Below, one piece after another: positions 1-8,191 of a stretch of 64,000 bases of DNA. The notes under the pieces were generated by a model. It ran no database searches. It had not been told where the DNA came from and was given only the letters and a program-made list of their open reading frames with translations. The position numbers and the translations under genes were made by a program. Numbering within the stretch: the first letter of the stretch is position 1; each line of letters starts with the position of its first letter. This DNA comes from Clostridia bacterium (GTDB taxonomy: Bacteria; Bacillota; Clostridia; Lachnospirales; Bianqueaceae), in the NCBI GenBank assembly GCA_900764045.1, contig CAAFMN010000024.1, positions 14,492 through 78,491 of the forward strand, read 5' to 3'.

Positions 1-57
1 CGGCGCGCTGATCATATTCCCTGTGGTCAAGAAGGTCAAGACGGGAGGAAAAGCAGC

Positions 58-1227
58 ATGATCGGGCTGTTGGCAAGACTTTTCATAAAAGATCGTGAGA
101 ACACACAAGAACCGCGGGTACGCGGTTCTTATGGTATATTATGCAGTATTGTAGGGATTGTTCTGAACATCCTGCTCTTCACGGCCAAGTATATCGCGGG
201 AGCCCTCAGCGGATCCATTGCCATTCAAGCCGATGCGTGGAATAACCTCTCCGACGCCGGTTCTTCGGTAGTGACAATGATTGGATTTAAGGCGGCGGCA
301 AAACGGCCGGACCGGGATCATCCGTTTGGACACGGCCGGTATGAGTATGTGTCAGGACTTGTCGTTTCCTTTTTGATCCTGCTGATGGGCGTACAGCTTT
401 TGCAGTCCTCCATAGGGAAAATTCTGCATCCGGAGGATGTGGAGAGCGGAGCACTGCAGATTCTGGTGCTTCTGGGTTCTATCGGCATCAAGCTGTACAT
501 GAATCTGTACAACCGCAGGATCGGAAAGAAGATTGATTCTGCCGCCATGAGAGCGACGGCGCTGGACAGTTTGAGTGATTCTGTCGCGACCGGAGTGGTT
601 CTCATCTGCACGGTCATCTATATGGTTACCAAAGTGAATCTGGATGGATGGGGCGGAGCATTGGTTGCCTTTTTTATTCTCTATACGGGAATTGGATCTC
701 TGCGCGATACCGTAGGTCCATTGCTGGGGCAGGCCCCGGATCCGGAATTTGTGGAGAAGATCCGTTCTATTGTGCTGTCGCATCCGCAGATCCTGGGAAT
801 TCATGACCTGATCGTGCATGATTACGGACCGGGACACTGTCTGATTTCACTGCATGGAGAAGTCTCGGGGGACGAAGATATCTATGCGCTTCACGAGGTG
901 ATCGATCATGTCGAGGAAGAGCTGCGGGAGACTTTGGGCTGTGAGGCAGTGATTCATATGGATCCTGTGGCAGCGGATGATGAAGAGACGATGGCGTTGA
1001 AAATCCGGGTAGAAGCCTTGTTAAAAGAACTGGATCCCAGAATTACCATGCATGATTTTCGAATCGTGCATGGCGCCTCCTGTACGCGTCTGATCTTTGA
1101 CGCGGTAGTACCGGATGAGGCGATAGCCTCCGAAGAAGAAGCAGGGAGGAGAATTCAGGAAAAGATTCAGGAGCTGGGAGATCAATATAAGACGGCTGCC
1201 AGGATTGACCGTTTTTCCGTAAAATGA
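58..1227 (+). CDS. cation diffusion facilitator (CDF) family metal efflux transporter
   Basis: 389-aa ORF with an N-terminal multi-TM region and CDF-like motifs (SxxSDAGSS, HGRYEYVSG) plus a C-terminal cytoplasmic domain. Confidence 0.8.
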   Translation: MIGLLARLFIKDRENTQEPRVRGSYGILCSIVGIVLNILLFTAKYIAGALSGSIAIQADAWNNLSDAGSSVVTMIGFKAAAKRPDRDHPFGHGRYEYVSGLVVSFLILLMGVQLLQSSIGKILHPEDVESGALQILVLLGSIGIKLYMNLYNRRIGKKIDSAAMRATALDSLSDSVATGVVLICTVIYMVTKVNLDGWGGALVAFFILYTGIGSLRDTVGPLLGQAPDPEFVEKIRSIVLSHPQILGIHDLIVHDYGPGHCLISLHGEVSGDEDIYALHEVIDHVEEELRETLGCEAVIHMDPVAADDEETMALKIRVEALLKELDPRITMHDFRIVHGASCTRLIFDAVVPDEAIASEEEAGRRIQEKIQELGDQYKTAARIDRFSVK

Positions 1228-2411
1228 TAAGAGCGGGAAGTTCCAAAGTAAGATGGAGCTTCCCGCTCTTGCATACGATCAGGAAAGAATGGTTGGTTGA
1301 AGGTGAAACTCTGCGCACAGACGGTCGATCTCGTCTTGCGCGTTTTTTTGACAGCCTCTGGAATCGGAGCCTTGACAGCGCGGATCAGAAGATTCTTGGG
1401 CGTGTGTTCCATATCGACAAATTCCAGAAGCTGCGTTCGGTATCCCTGTGTGATCAGATAATTGGCGCGGATAGCGTCGGTCATCAGGGCAGCGGCTCTC
1501 TCCTGAATGATTCCGTAATGGGTCAGAAGAGAGAAGGTGCTGCTCCTGATCTGACGGTTGAGCTCATGCTGACAGCAAGGGACAGAGAGGATGATGGAAG
1601 CTCCGCAGCCGACGGCATTGCGCAGCGCAAAATCGGTCGCGGTATCGCAGGCGTGGAGCGTGATGACCATGTCCACATCCGGTTCCGCGGCGAATCCATG
1701 GATATCGCCGACCTGAAAATGCAAATGGTCATATCCATAGCGGCGAGCCGCTTCATTGCAATGTTCAATGACGTCCTTTTTCAGGTCCAATCCCAGCATG
1801 TCTACCTGAAGGCCGCGAATCTGCGTAAAATAATAATACAGGATAAAGGTCAGATAAGACTTGCCGCAGCCGAAGTCGATGATCTTATAATACGAATCCG
1901 TCCGGTCCCGCAGAACATCGTCGACCATCTCGACAAAGCGGTTGATCTGACGGTATTTGTCGGACATGGAAGGGATGAGGCGGCCCTCACGGGTAAAGAT
2001 GCCCATGTCGATCAGCGGGGGGATGATCTCCCCTTCGGTCAGAAGCCGCTTCTTGGGACGGTTGTGGTTCAGAGTCGTCATGACGGCGCCCTTAGACAGG
2101 GTTTCCTGCAGCAGAACCTTTCCCTTTTTGGAAATACGCAGGGCATATTCATGAGCTAAGCTCCAGGCGTTTAACTGGGTATAGCTCTGGGTCAAAAGAG
2201 TCTCCAGCCGCTGCGGAAGCTCTTCCGGCGCGTAATTTTCATGGAATACCTGTGTCCGGGTCCGGTTGGCCTGCTGGTAAAAGACCGTTTTCCCCTGCTT
2301 CAGAGTAATCTCAGAGCGGATATAGGAAGAATTCTGGGATCTGGGAGAACTGAGTACCAGACGGGACGGGGACTCGGAGAGAATTCTGAAGATCGCTTCC
2401 TGTAGATTCAT
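1182..2411 (-). CDS. class I SAM-dependent methyltransferase (Methyltransf_32-like)
   Basis: 409-aa ORF with a glycine-rich SAM-binding motif (IIDFGCGKSYL) and an acidic-loop motif (LHACDTATD). Its 3' end overlaps the convergent CDF gene. Confidence 0.55.
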   Translation of the reverse strand: MNLQEAIFRILSESPSRLVLSSPRSQNSSYIRSEITLKQGKTVFYQQANRTRTQVFHENYAPEELPQRLETLLTQSYTQLNAWSLAHEYALRISKKGKVLLQETLSKGAVMTTLNHNRPKKRLLTEGEIIPPLIDMGIFTREGRLIPSMSDKYRQINRFVEMVDDVLRDRTDSYYKIIDFGCGKSYLTFILYYYFTQIRGLQVDMLGLDLKKDVIEHCNEAARRYGYDHLHFQVGDIHGFAAEPDVDMVITLHACDTATDFALRNAVGCGASIILSVPCCQHELNRQIRSSTFSLLTHYGIIQERAAALMTDAIRANYLITQGYRTQLLEFVDMEHTPKNLLIRAVKAPIPEAVKKTRKTRSTVCAQSFTFNQPFFPDRMQEREAPSYFGTSRSYHFTEKRSILAAVLY

Positions 2412-3421
2412 ACTTCACCCTGCTTTCTGCGGCGGGCCTCCAGGCGCAGATCCGGCCCATAAAAACGATAGAGCGTAAAGTTACCCGCCAGACGGGAAGA
2501 GAAGCGGTCGCCGTAGGCGGCGGCAAGCTCTTTGAAGGTAAGATTGGTAGAGATCAGCGTAGAGCGCTGATCCAAAATCCGCTGGTTAATACAATGAAAC
2601 AGTTCCGTAACTGACAGGCTGTTGGAGAACTCCGTACCCAGATCATCGATGATCAGAAAATCACAGCTATAGATGAAATCCAGAGAGAAAGAAGCCTGGG
2701 GGGTTCTTGCGCGATCACGGAAACGTTCGCTTTCCAGCCTCGCGCATAAGTCATAGGCAGTTACATAGAGAACGGTGTAGCCGCGGTCCAGAATCTCTTT
2801 GGCGATGCAATTGGCCATAAAGGTTTTTCCCGTTCCCGTTGTTCCGGTAAAGAGAAAATTCTGCCCGTTTTGCGGAGTGAAATTCTGAATGGCAGTTGTG
2901 AGTCCGCGGAGGATCTTGGTGATATTCTGCCGCGGAGAGACGAGCTCCGCGCCAAAGGGCTGGGCGGAGAAGAGACTCAGATCAAAGGTAGAACGATTCT
3001 CTCTGGCAAGGATCCGGCGCAGTCCGGACTGGTCATACGCGGCGTCGATCAGCTTCTGCTGCAGACAGCGGCATCTCTGATGATCGACATATCCGGTATC
3101 TTTGCAGATGGGACAGGTATAGTGCATCTCCATATAGTCTTCCGGAAAACCGGCAGAACGCAGCAGAGCTTTTTTCTGCTGAAAAAGCTCGTCCATGTGG
3201 GAACGCAGCTTGGAGAGAGCCAGCGCCGGGTCGTGCCCATTCTGCAGATAGGCGCGCATGGCATTCAGGCTGAAGGATTCAATTTCGCTGTCGATGGCTT
3301 TCACCTGCGGCAGCCTTGCGTAAACCTCGTTGACGCGGCCGTCCTTGGCATCCTTTTCCCGCTGCAGACGGATTTCGTATTCCTGCAGAATTTCCCGCAG
3401 TTTGCTTTCTGGAATAGGCAT
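2408..3421 (-). CDS. DnaC/DnaI-like helicase-loader ATPase (IstB-like AAA+)
   Basis: Walker A motif (FTGTTGTGKTFMAN) and an N-terminal Cys-rich zinc-binding motif (CPICKDTGYV...CRC). Translationally coupled downstream of the DnaD-domain gene. Confidence 0.75.
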   Translation of the reverse strand: MPIPESKLREILQEYEIRLQREKDAKDGRVNEVYARLPQVKAIDSEIESFSLNAMRAYLQNGHDPALALSKLRSHMDELFQQKKALLRSAGFPEDYMEMHYTCPICKDTGYVDHQRCRCLQQKLIDAAYDQSGLRRILARENRSTFDLSLFSAQPFGAELVSPRQNITKILRGLTTAIQNFTPQNGQNFLFTGTTGTGKTFMANCIAKEILDRGYTVLYVTAYDLCARLESERFRDRARTPQASFSLDFIYSCDFLIIDDLGTEFSNSLSVTELFHCINQRILDQRSTLISTNLTFKELAAAYGDRFSSRLAGNFTLYRFYGPDLRLEARRRKQGEV

Positions 3422-3450
3422 GGCTCTTCCTCCATAAAATATGATATGTA

Positions 3451-4509
3451 TCAGTTTTCCTGCAGATGACGATAAGAAAGATCGCTCAGTTCCTGTTCCA
3501 GCGCGTCATAATTGATATCATTGCGCTGTGTGTAATTCAGGAAAGCATTCTTATTCCGAGCCGTTTTGGAACGGGACGGAGCTGTCTGCGGGATGGACTG
3601 CTGGTATGCTTCGTCCAGGGCTTTGAGTTCGGTTGTGGTATGTACGCCCTTGCTGTGCCAGTCGGATAGGATTCCTTCAGTATAGGAAAAGCTGGGACTG
3701 TTGGTCCGGGTTCGTGTCCTGCGGCAGGCTTCCAGAAGCATCTCAAGGTTCATCTGGTATTGATTCATCCAGCGGTCGATGGTCGCGCAATCTGTATCGG
3801 AAGGATAACGGCTGACACCCAGTGTTTTCAAGATGGGACGGTATATATCCAGACGCTTGATGTAGAGCTGGGCTTCGGCGAGAGAAGAGATCCCATGATC
3901 GGACCAATCCTGCACGACCCGTTCCATATACCGCAGATCCCGGTGTCCGTTGCGAACACAGTATCCGATCAGATACTCGATGACATCCAACGGGAGACGG
4001 TAATAATCGTAGAAGCTGTAAAGGGTGGACAGATTTGGCTGGCTCAGGACCTGTCCGAGATATTCGGAAGCGGTGGAAAAGAGGCGCTGAATCTGCGCGT
4101 CCCTGCTGTAGAGGCTCAGCTCGTCCGGAGAGTAGGTAGGCTTTTGTTCTACACGGATTACCTTGGAAAACGTGGGCTGGGGCACTTCCTCCTTAACGGG
4201 ATCGGGCGGCGTAGGCTCCGTACCGTTTAAGAATTGAAGCTCCAGATTGTCCCGGCTTCCGCCGATCCGCAGGAGGCCGCAGTTTTCCCAATACCGCAAC
4301 GCTTCCAGTACATCGGATTCGATCATATGGAGAGTGGAAGCGGCCGCCGTCGTTGTGAGCGTAGCGTCGGAGTGAAGGCTGCAATGCAGAAAATACAGAT
4401 AGACCTTGACATAGGTGCCGTTTGCGGATGGCATATACTGTGTAAGAAAGGTATCCGAAACGGGAGTGTAGGATGAGAATGGGGATGGGGCAAAGGAAAT
4501 CGCGGGCAT
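3451..4509 (-). CDS. DnaD-domain replication initiation/membrane attachment protein
   Basis: 352-aa ORF with a DnaD/DnaB-like N-terminal domain (YVKVYLYFLHC...) and a C-terminal DnaD-like region, paired with the dnaC-like ATPase. Confidence 0.65.
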   Translation of the reverse strand: MPAISFAPSPFSSYTPVSDTFLTQYMPSANGTYVKVYLYFLHCSLHSDATLTTTAAASTLHMIESDVLEALRYWENCGLLRIGGSRDNLELQFLNGTEPTPPDPVKEEVPQPTFSKVIRVEQKPTYSPDELSLYSRDAQIQRLFSTASEYLGQVLSQPNLSTLYSFYDYYRLPLDVIEYLIGYCVRNGHRDLRYMERVVQDWSDHGISSLAEAQLYIKRLDIYRPILKTLGVSRYPSDTDCATIDRWMNQYQMNLEMLLEACRRTRTRTNSPSFSYTEGILSDWHSKGVHTTTELKALDEAYQQSIPQTAPSRSKTARNKNAFLNYTQRNDINYDALEQELSDLSYRHLQEN

Positions 4510-4668
4510 GATAAGCCTCCTTCTGTAGATAAAGGACGGAACTCGGGTCCTGTAGAATTGACTGGTATCAAGTAGCCGGAGTTTGTCCGGGCTTTTTGTA
4601 TGAAATGATTATAGCCTATTTTCTCTTTTTTGTGAAGGGGGAAGATATACACCAGGGGAAAACGATAA

Positions 4669-4797
4669 GTAGTCCACATAGCGGTGGATAAGTGGAGATC
4701 TCTATTTTTTATACGGATCCTTGGGATTTTTCCATAAAAAAATATCCACATCGCGTATACGGAAGATCCCGAATAGCAATGTGGATATTGTGGATAT
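4669..4797. promoter_or_regulatory. cluster of five DnaA-box-like 9-mers upstream of the dnaD-like operon
   Basis: tagtccaca (4670-4678), ggtggataa (4683-4691), atatccaca (4742-4750), and a tandem tgtggatat tgtggatat (4780-4797). Each matches TTATCCACA or its complement at 7-8 of 9 positions. Confidence 0.4.
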
Positions 4798-4798
4798 C

Positions 4799-6178
4799 TT
4801 ATCTGGAGAGTAGATCTTCGCCGATAGTTACGACATCTCCGGCTCCCATAGTTATCAACATATCATGTGGACAACATTTTTTTGATAAAAAGTCTTCGAT
4901 TTCTGTGAAAGAGCCGAAGTAGTAGGCATCCTTTCCGAGAGCCTTCAATGCGTCCGAGATCTGGCGGGAATGAATGTCTCCGGGGTCCTTTTCGCGGCTG
5001 GCGGAGTAGATATCAGCCAGAACGATATGATCGGCCAGGGACAGAGCGGAAACAAAATCGTTGAAGAAGGCCTTGGTCCGACTGTAGGTATGGGGCTGGA
5101 ACACCACATAGAGCTCTCCTTGTACGACCTCTCTGGCTGCCTTCAGGGTCGCGCGGATCTCCGAAGGGTGATGGGCATAGTCGTCGATGATCTGGCAGCC
5201 GCCCATGGTTCCTTTGTATTCAAAACGCTTTTTTGGGCTGTGGTATTGCGCGAGTCCGGACTGGATTTTATCGAAAGAGATTCCGCTGTACAATGCGGCG
5301 CCGACGGCGCACAGACAATCAAAAATATTGTGCGAGCCGGGAACGTGGATCGTAATGCGTCCCAGATCCTGTCCTTGATAGATACAGGAAAAGCTGCTGC
5401 CCAGATGATTTTCGGAAGGACGGATATCCGCTGCCGTCAGATCAGCGGAAGGATCAGTCAGAGAGACGGTCAGCATTTTGCCGGTATAATCCGGGAAAAG
5501 GGGCTGGTAGTCTTTATTGAGAACGAGGCAGCCGCCCGGCTTCAGCCCTGCGACATATTTACGGAAAGAATCCACCATGCGTTCATAGGTCTTGAAATAG
5601 TCCAGATGCTCCGCTTCGACGTTGAGTACGATTCCGATTTCCGGATGGAAATGAAGAAAACTGTCAGAGTATTCGCAGGCCTCGGCGATGAAGTAATCGG
5701 AATGTCCGATGCGGTAATTGCTGTGCAGATTCTCCAGAATACCGCCGATCGTAATTGTCGGATCCTTGTCGGCCTCCAGAAAGATGTAGGACAGCATGGT
5801 GCTGGTGCTGGTCTTGCCATGAGTTCCGGCAATACCAATGGAGTGTGTGTATTCGTCCATCAGCTCGCCCAGAAGGACGGAACGCTCAATGACCCGCGGA
5901 ACCTGCGCACGGGCCGCGATAAGCTCCGGATTATCCTCGTGAACCGCCGCGGTAAAGACTACAACATCAATCCCCGGCGTAATATTTTCAGCACGCTGTC
6001 CGATGACAACCGTGATTCCTTGTTCTTCTAGAGAACGGGTGACAGCGGTAGCCTTCAGATCAGAGCCGGTAACCTGATATCCACGGGATTTCAGGATGCA
6101 CGCAAGGCTGCTCATGCTGATGCCACCGATGCCTATAAAATGAATATGTTTCATAAAAGACCTCTCTGTAATTGTCAT
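4799..6178 (-). CDS. murC: UDP-N-acetylmuramate--L-alanine ligase
   Basis: 459-aa ORF with N-terminal GIGGISMS and Mur-ligase ATP-binding motif (GTHGKTSTS) and typical MurC length. Confidence 0.9.
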   Translation of the reverse strand: MTITERSFMKHIHFIGIGGISMSSLACILKSRGYQVTGSDLKATAVTRSLEEQGITVVIGQRAENITPGIDVVVFTAAVHEDNPELIAARAQVPRVIERSVLLGELMDEYTHSIGIAGTHGKTSTSTMLSYIFLEADKDPTITIGGILENLHSNYRIGHSDYFIAEACEYSDSFLHFHPEIGIVLNVEAEHLDYFKTYERMVDSFRKYVAGLKPGGCLVLNKDYQPLFPDYTGKMLTVSLTDPSADLTAADIRPSENHLGSSFSCIYQGQDLGRITIHVPGSHNIFDCLCAVGAALYSGISFDKIQSGLAQYHSPKKRFEYKGTMGGCQIIDDYAHHPSEIRATLKAAREVVQGELYVVFQPHTYSRTKAFFNDFVSALSLADHIVLADIYSASREKDPGDIHSRQISDALKALGKDAYYFGSFTEIEDFLSKKCCPHDMLITMGAGDVVTIGEDLLSR

Positions 6179-6265
6179 ATAATAATCTATGAGGAAAGAT
6201 CCCCCTAAACTATATCAGTATATCATATTTTTCGGATTTGTAAAGTTTTTTTGCTGAAAATGGGG

Positions 6266-6294
6266 TTGACCGAAATTGAAAAAATCAGTATAAT
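6266..6294 (+). promoter_or_regulatory. sigma-A-type promoter upstream of the glmU-like gene
   Basis: TTGACC, a 17-nt spacer, then TATAAT, about 35 nt upstream of the start codon. Confidence 0.4.
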
Positions 6295-6330
6295 GAAGGC
6301 TGCATCAGTCAGAAAGGATAAAGAGAGAAT

Positions 6331-7593
6331 ATGGGAAAACAATGGAATGCGGTTTTGATCGCGGGAACAGAAGGAGCAATGCCGATTGGGCTTGCTGAAA
6401 TATTGGGACGTCCGATGATTGAGTATGTGATACAGGCATTACAGAAAGCCGGGGTCGAGGAGATCTGTATCTTGGCGCCGGGGGCCGAGAAGGCATATCA
6501 GGAGGCGCTGGAGGGTTCATCCAAGGTTCGGATCCTGAGCGAAGGCGGTTTGGCTATAGAAGCGCAGAGGATGGAGACCGGCGCGGATATTGTGGTGATG
6601 AGCGCGAATGTGCCGCTTGTGACGGCACAGGAGTTGGAAGAACTTGTACTGGTGCATCAGGAACACGGCAACGCGGCAACATACTATATGCCCAAGGCAG
6701 ATACGATGCTGCCGGTCATGAGCCGGGAAAAGGGCTTTTGCTTTTGCTTCCGCGCAGAATATCTCGCCGATGCGCTGGAGGCCGTATCGCATTATGCGGC
6801 GACGGATATTCTGACTCGGGTCATCTCCGACGGAGGCCGTGTGGAACAGAGAATTCTGCCGAACGGCGGGGTTTTTGAGATTGTGAGAAACCGTATGCAG
6901 ATGGCGGAGGCTCTGCGTTGCCTGCAGCTTAGAATCAATCGGGAGCATATGATGGCCGGCGTTACAATCATGGCGCCGGAAAATACCTATATTGCACCGG
7001 AGGTGCAGATTGGTGAGAACACGCTGATCTATCCGGGAACCTACCTGGAAGGAACGACCCGGATCGGGAGAAATTGCGTAATCGGGCCGAATTCCAGAAT
7101 CGTTTCTTCGGAAATCGGAGATGGGACGGAGGCGGCGTATTCTACGGTACTGGAGAGCCGTATCGGCCGCAATACCCATGTCGGCCCTTATGCCTATGTG
7201 CGCCCCAACAGCCATATCGGAAACGATGTAAAGGTGGGAGATTTTGTCGAGATCAAGAACTCCAATATTGGCGATGGTACCAAGATGTCGCATCTGACCT
7301 ACGTGGGCGACGCGGATGTAGGAGAGCGCATCAATTTTGGCTGCGGGACGGTAGTCGTCAATTATGATGGTGTACACAAATTCCGCACGGTGATTGAGGA
7401 TGACGTATTTGTAGGATGCAATACCAATCTGGTATCCCCGGTACATGTTCAGAAGGGAGCCTTTATCGCAGCGGGTTCCACCATCACAGAGAATGTACCG
7501 GAGAAGGCGTTGGCGGTAGCGAGGGCGAGACAGGTCAACAAAGAGGGCTGGCTCAGTCCCAAGGATCGGGCTAAACAGGAAAAGGGCGAATGA
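6331..7593 (+). CDS. glmU: GlmU homolog with conserved acetyltransferase domain and degenerate N-terminal uridyltransferase domain
   Basis: The C-terminal left-handed beta-helix hexapeptide repeats and the NYDG...AGSTIT...ARARQVNK region are highly GlmU-like. N-terminal motifs are not conserved: LAAGxGTRM is replaced by LIAGTEGAMPIG, QLGTAHA is absent, and GDTPL is replaced by ANVPL. Confidence 0.75.
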   Translation: MGKQWNAVLIAGTEGAMPIGLAEILGRPMIEYVIQALQKAGVEEICILAPGAEKAYQEALEGSSKVRILSEGGLAIEAQRMETGADIVVMSANVPLVTAQELEELVLVHQEHGNAATYYMPKADTMLPVMSREKGFCFCFRAEYLADALEAVSHYAATDILTRVISDGGRVEQRILPNGGVFEIVRNRMQMAEALRCLQLRINREHMMAGVTIMAPENTYIAPEVQIGENTLIYPGTYLEGTTRIGRNCVIGPNSRIVSSEIGDGTEAAYSTVLESRIGRNTHVGPYAYVRPNSHIGNDVKVGDFVEIKNSNIGDGTKMSHLTYVGDADVGERINFGCGTVVVNYDGVHKFRTVIEDDVFVGCNTNLVSPVHVQKGAFIAAGSTITENVPEKALAVARARQVNKEGWLSPKDRAKQEKGE

Positions 7594-7600
7594 GAAAACA

Positions 7601-8191
7601 ATGTATCTGATAGCAGGTTTGGGAAATCCAGAGGGAAAGTATGCGGCTACACGGCACAATGTGGGATTCGAAGCGGCGGAATGCCTGAGAAAAAAGCTCG
7701 GGTGCGGCCTTCCCAGAATCCGTTTCCATGCGGATATCGCGCAGGGAAAGGTAGGAACAGAGAATGTGATGGTTGTCCGGCCATTGACCTATATGAATTT
7801 AAGCGGGACAGCGATTCGGGAGATTGCCGATTTTTATAAAATTGCGCCGGATCATGTGATCGTGATGTGTGACGACGTGAGTATTCCGTTCGGCCATCTG
7901 CGGCTGCGTCCGAACGGTTCGGCAGGCGGGCATAACGGCCTGAAGAACATCATCGAGCAGCTGGGCAGCCAGAATTTTATGAGAATCCGTATCGGTGTGG
8001 GAGAAAAGCCTGCCGGATGGGATCTGGCGGATTATGTACTGTGCCGCATGAGTGCCGAAGAGCAGCAGCAGATCGGGGAGACGGCCGCGCAGGCTGCGGA
8101 AGCCGCGGTCTGCATCATCGAGCAGGGACTGGGAAAGGCGATGAATCGGTTTAATACACCGCGTGTCAAGCCGGAGCAGGAGAAGAAATAA
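7601..8191 (+). CDS. pth: peptidyl-tRNA hydrolase
   Basis: MYLIAGLGNPEGKYAATRHNVGF N-terminus and 196 aa length. Confidence 0.9.
   Translation: MYLIAGLGNPEGKYAATRHNVGFEAAECLRKKLGCGLPRIRFHADIAQGKVGTENVMVVRPLTYMNLSGTAIREIADFYKIAPDHVIVMCDDVSIPFGHLRLRPNGSAGGHNGLKNIIEQLGSQNFMRIRIGVGEKPAGWDLADYVLCRMSAEEQQQIGETAAQAAEAAVCIIEQGLGKAMNRFNTPRVKPEQEKK

Noticed and set aside
1224-2159. 311-aa plus-strand ORF
   Set aside because: Lies entirely antisense to the methyltransferase gene, has no recognisable motifs, and is typical of shadow ORFs in GC-rich coding DNA.
4970-7659. Plus-strand 353-aa ORF within murC and minus-strand 380-aa ORF within glmU
   Set aside because: Both are antisense shadows of well-supported genes.
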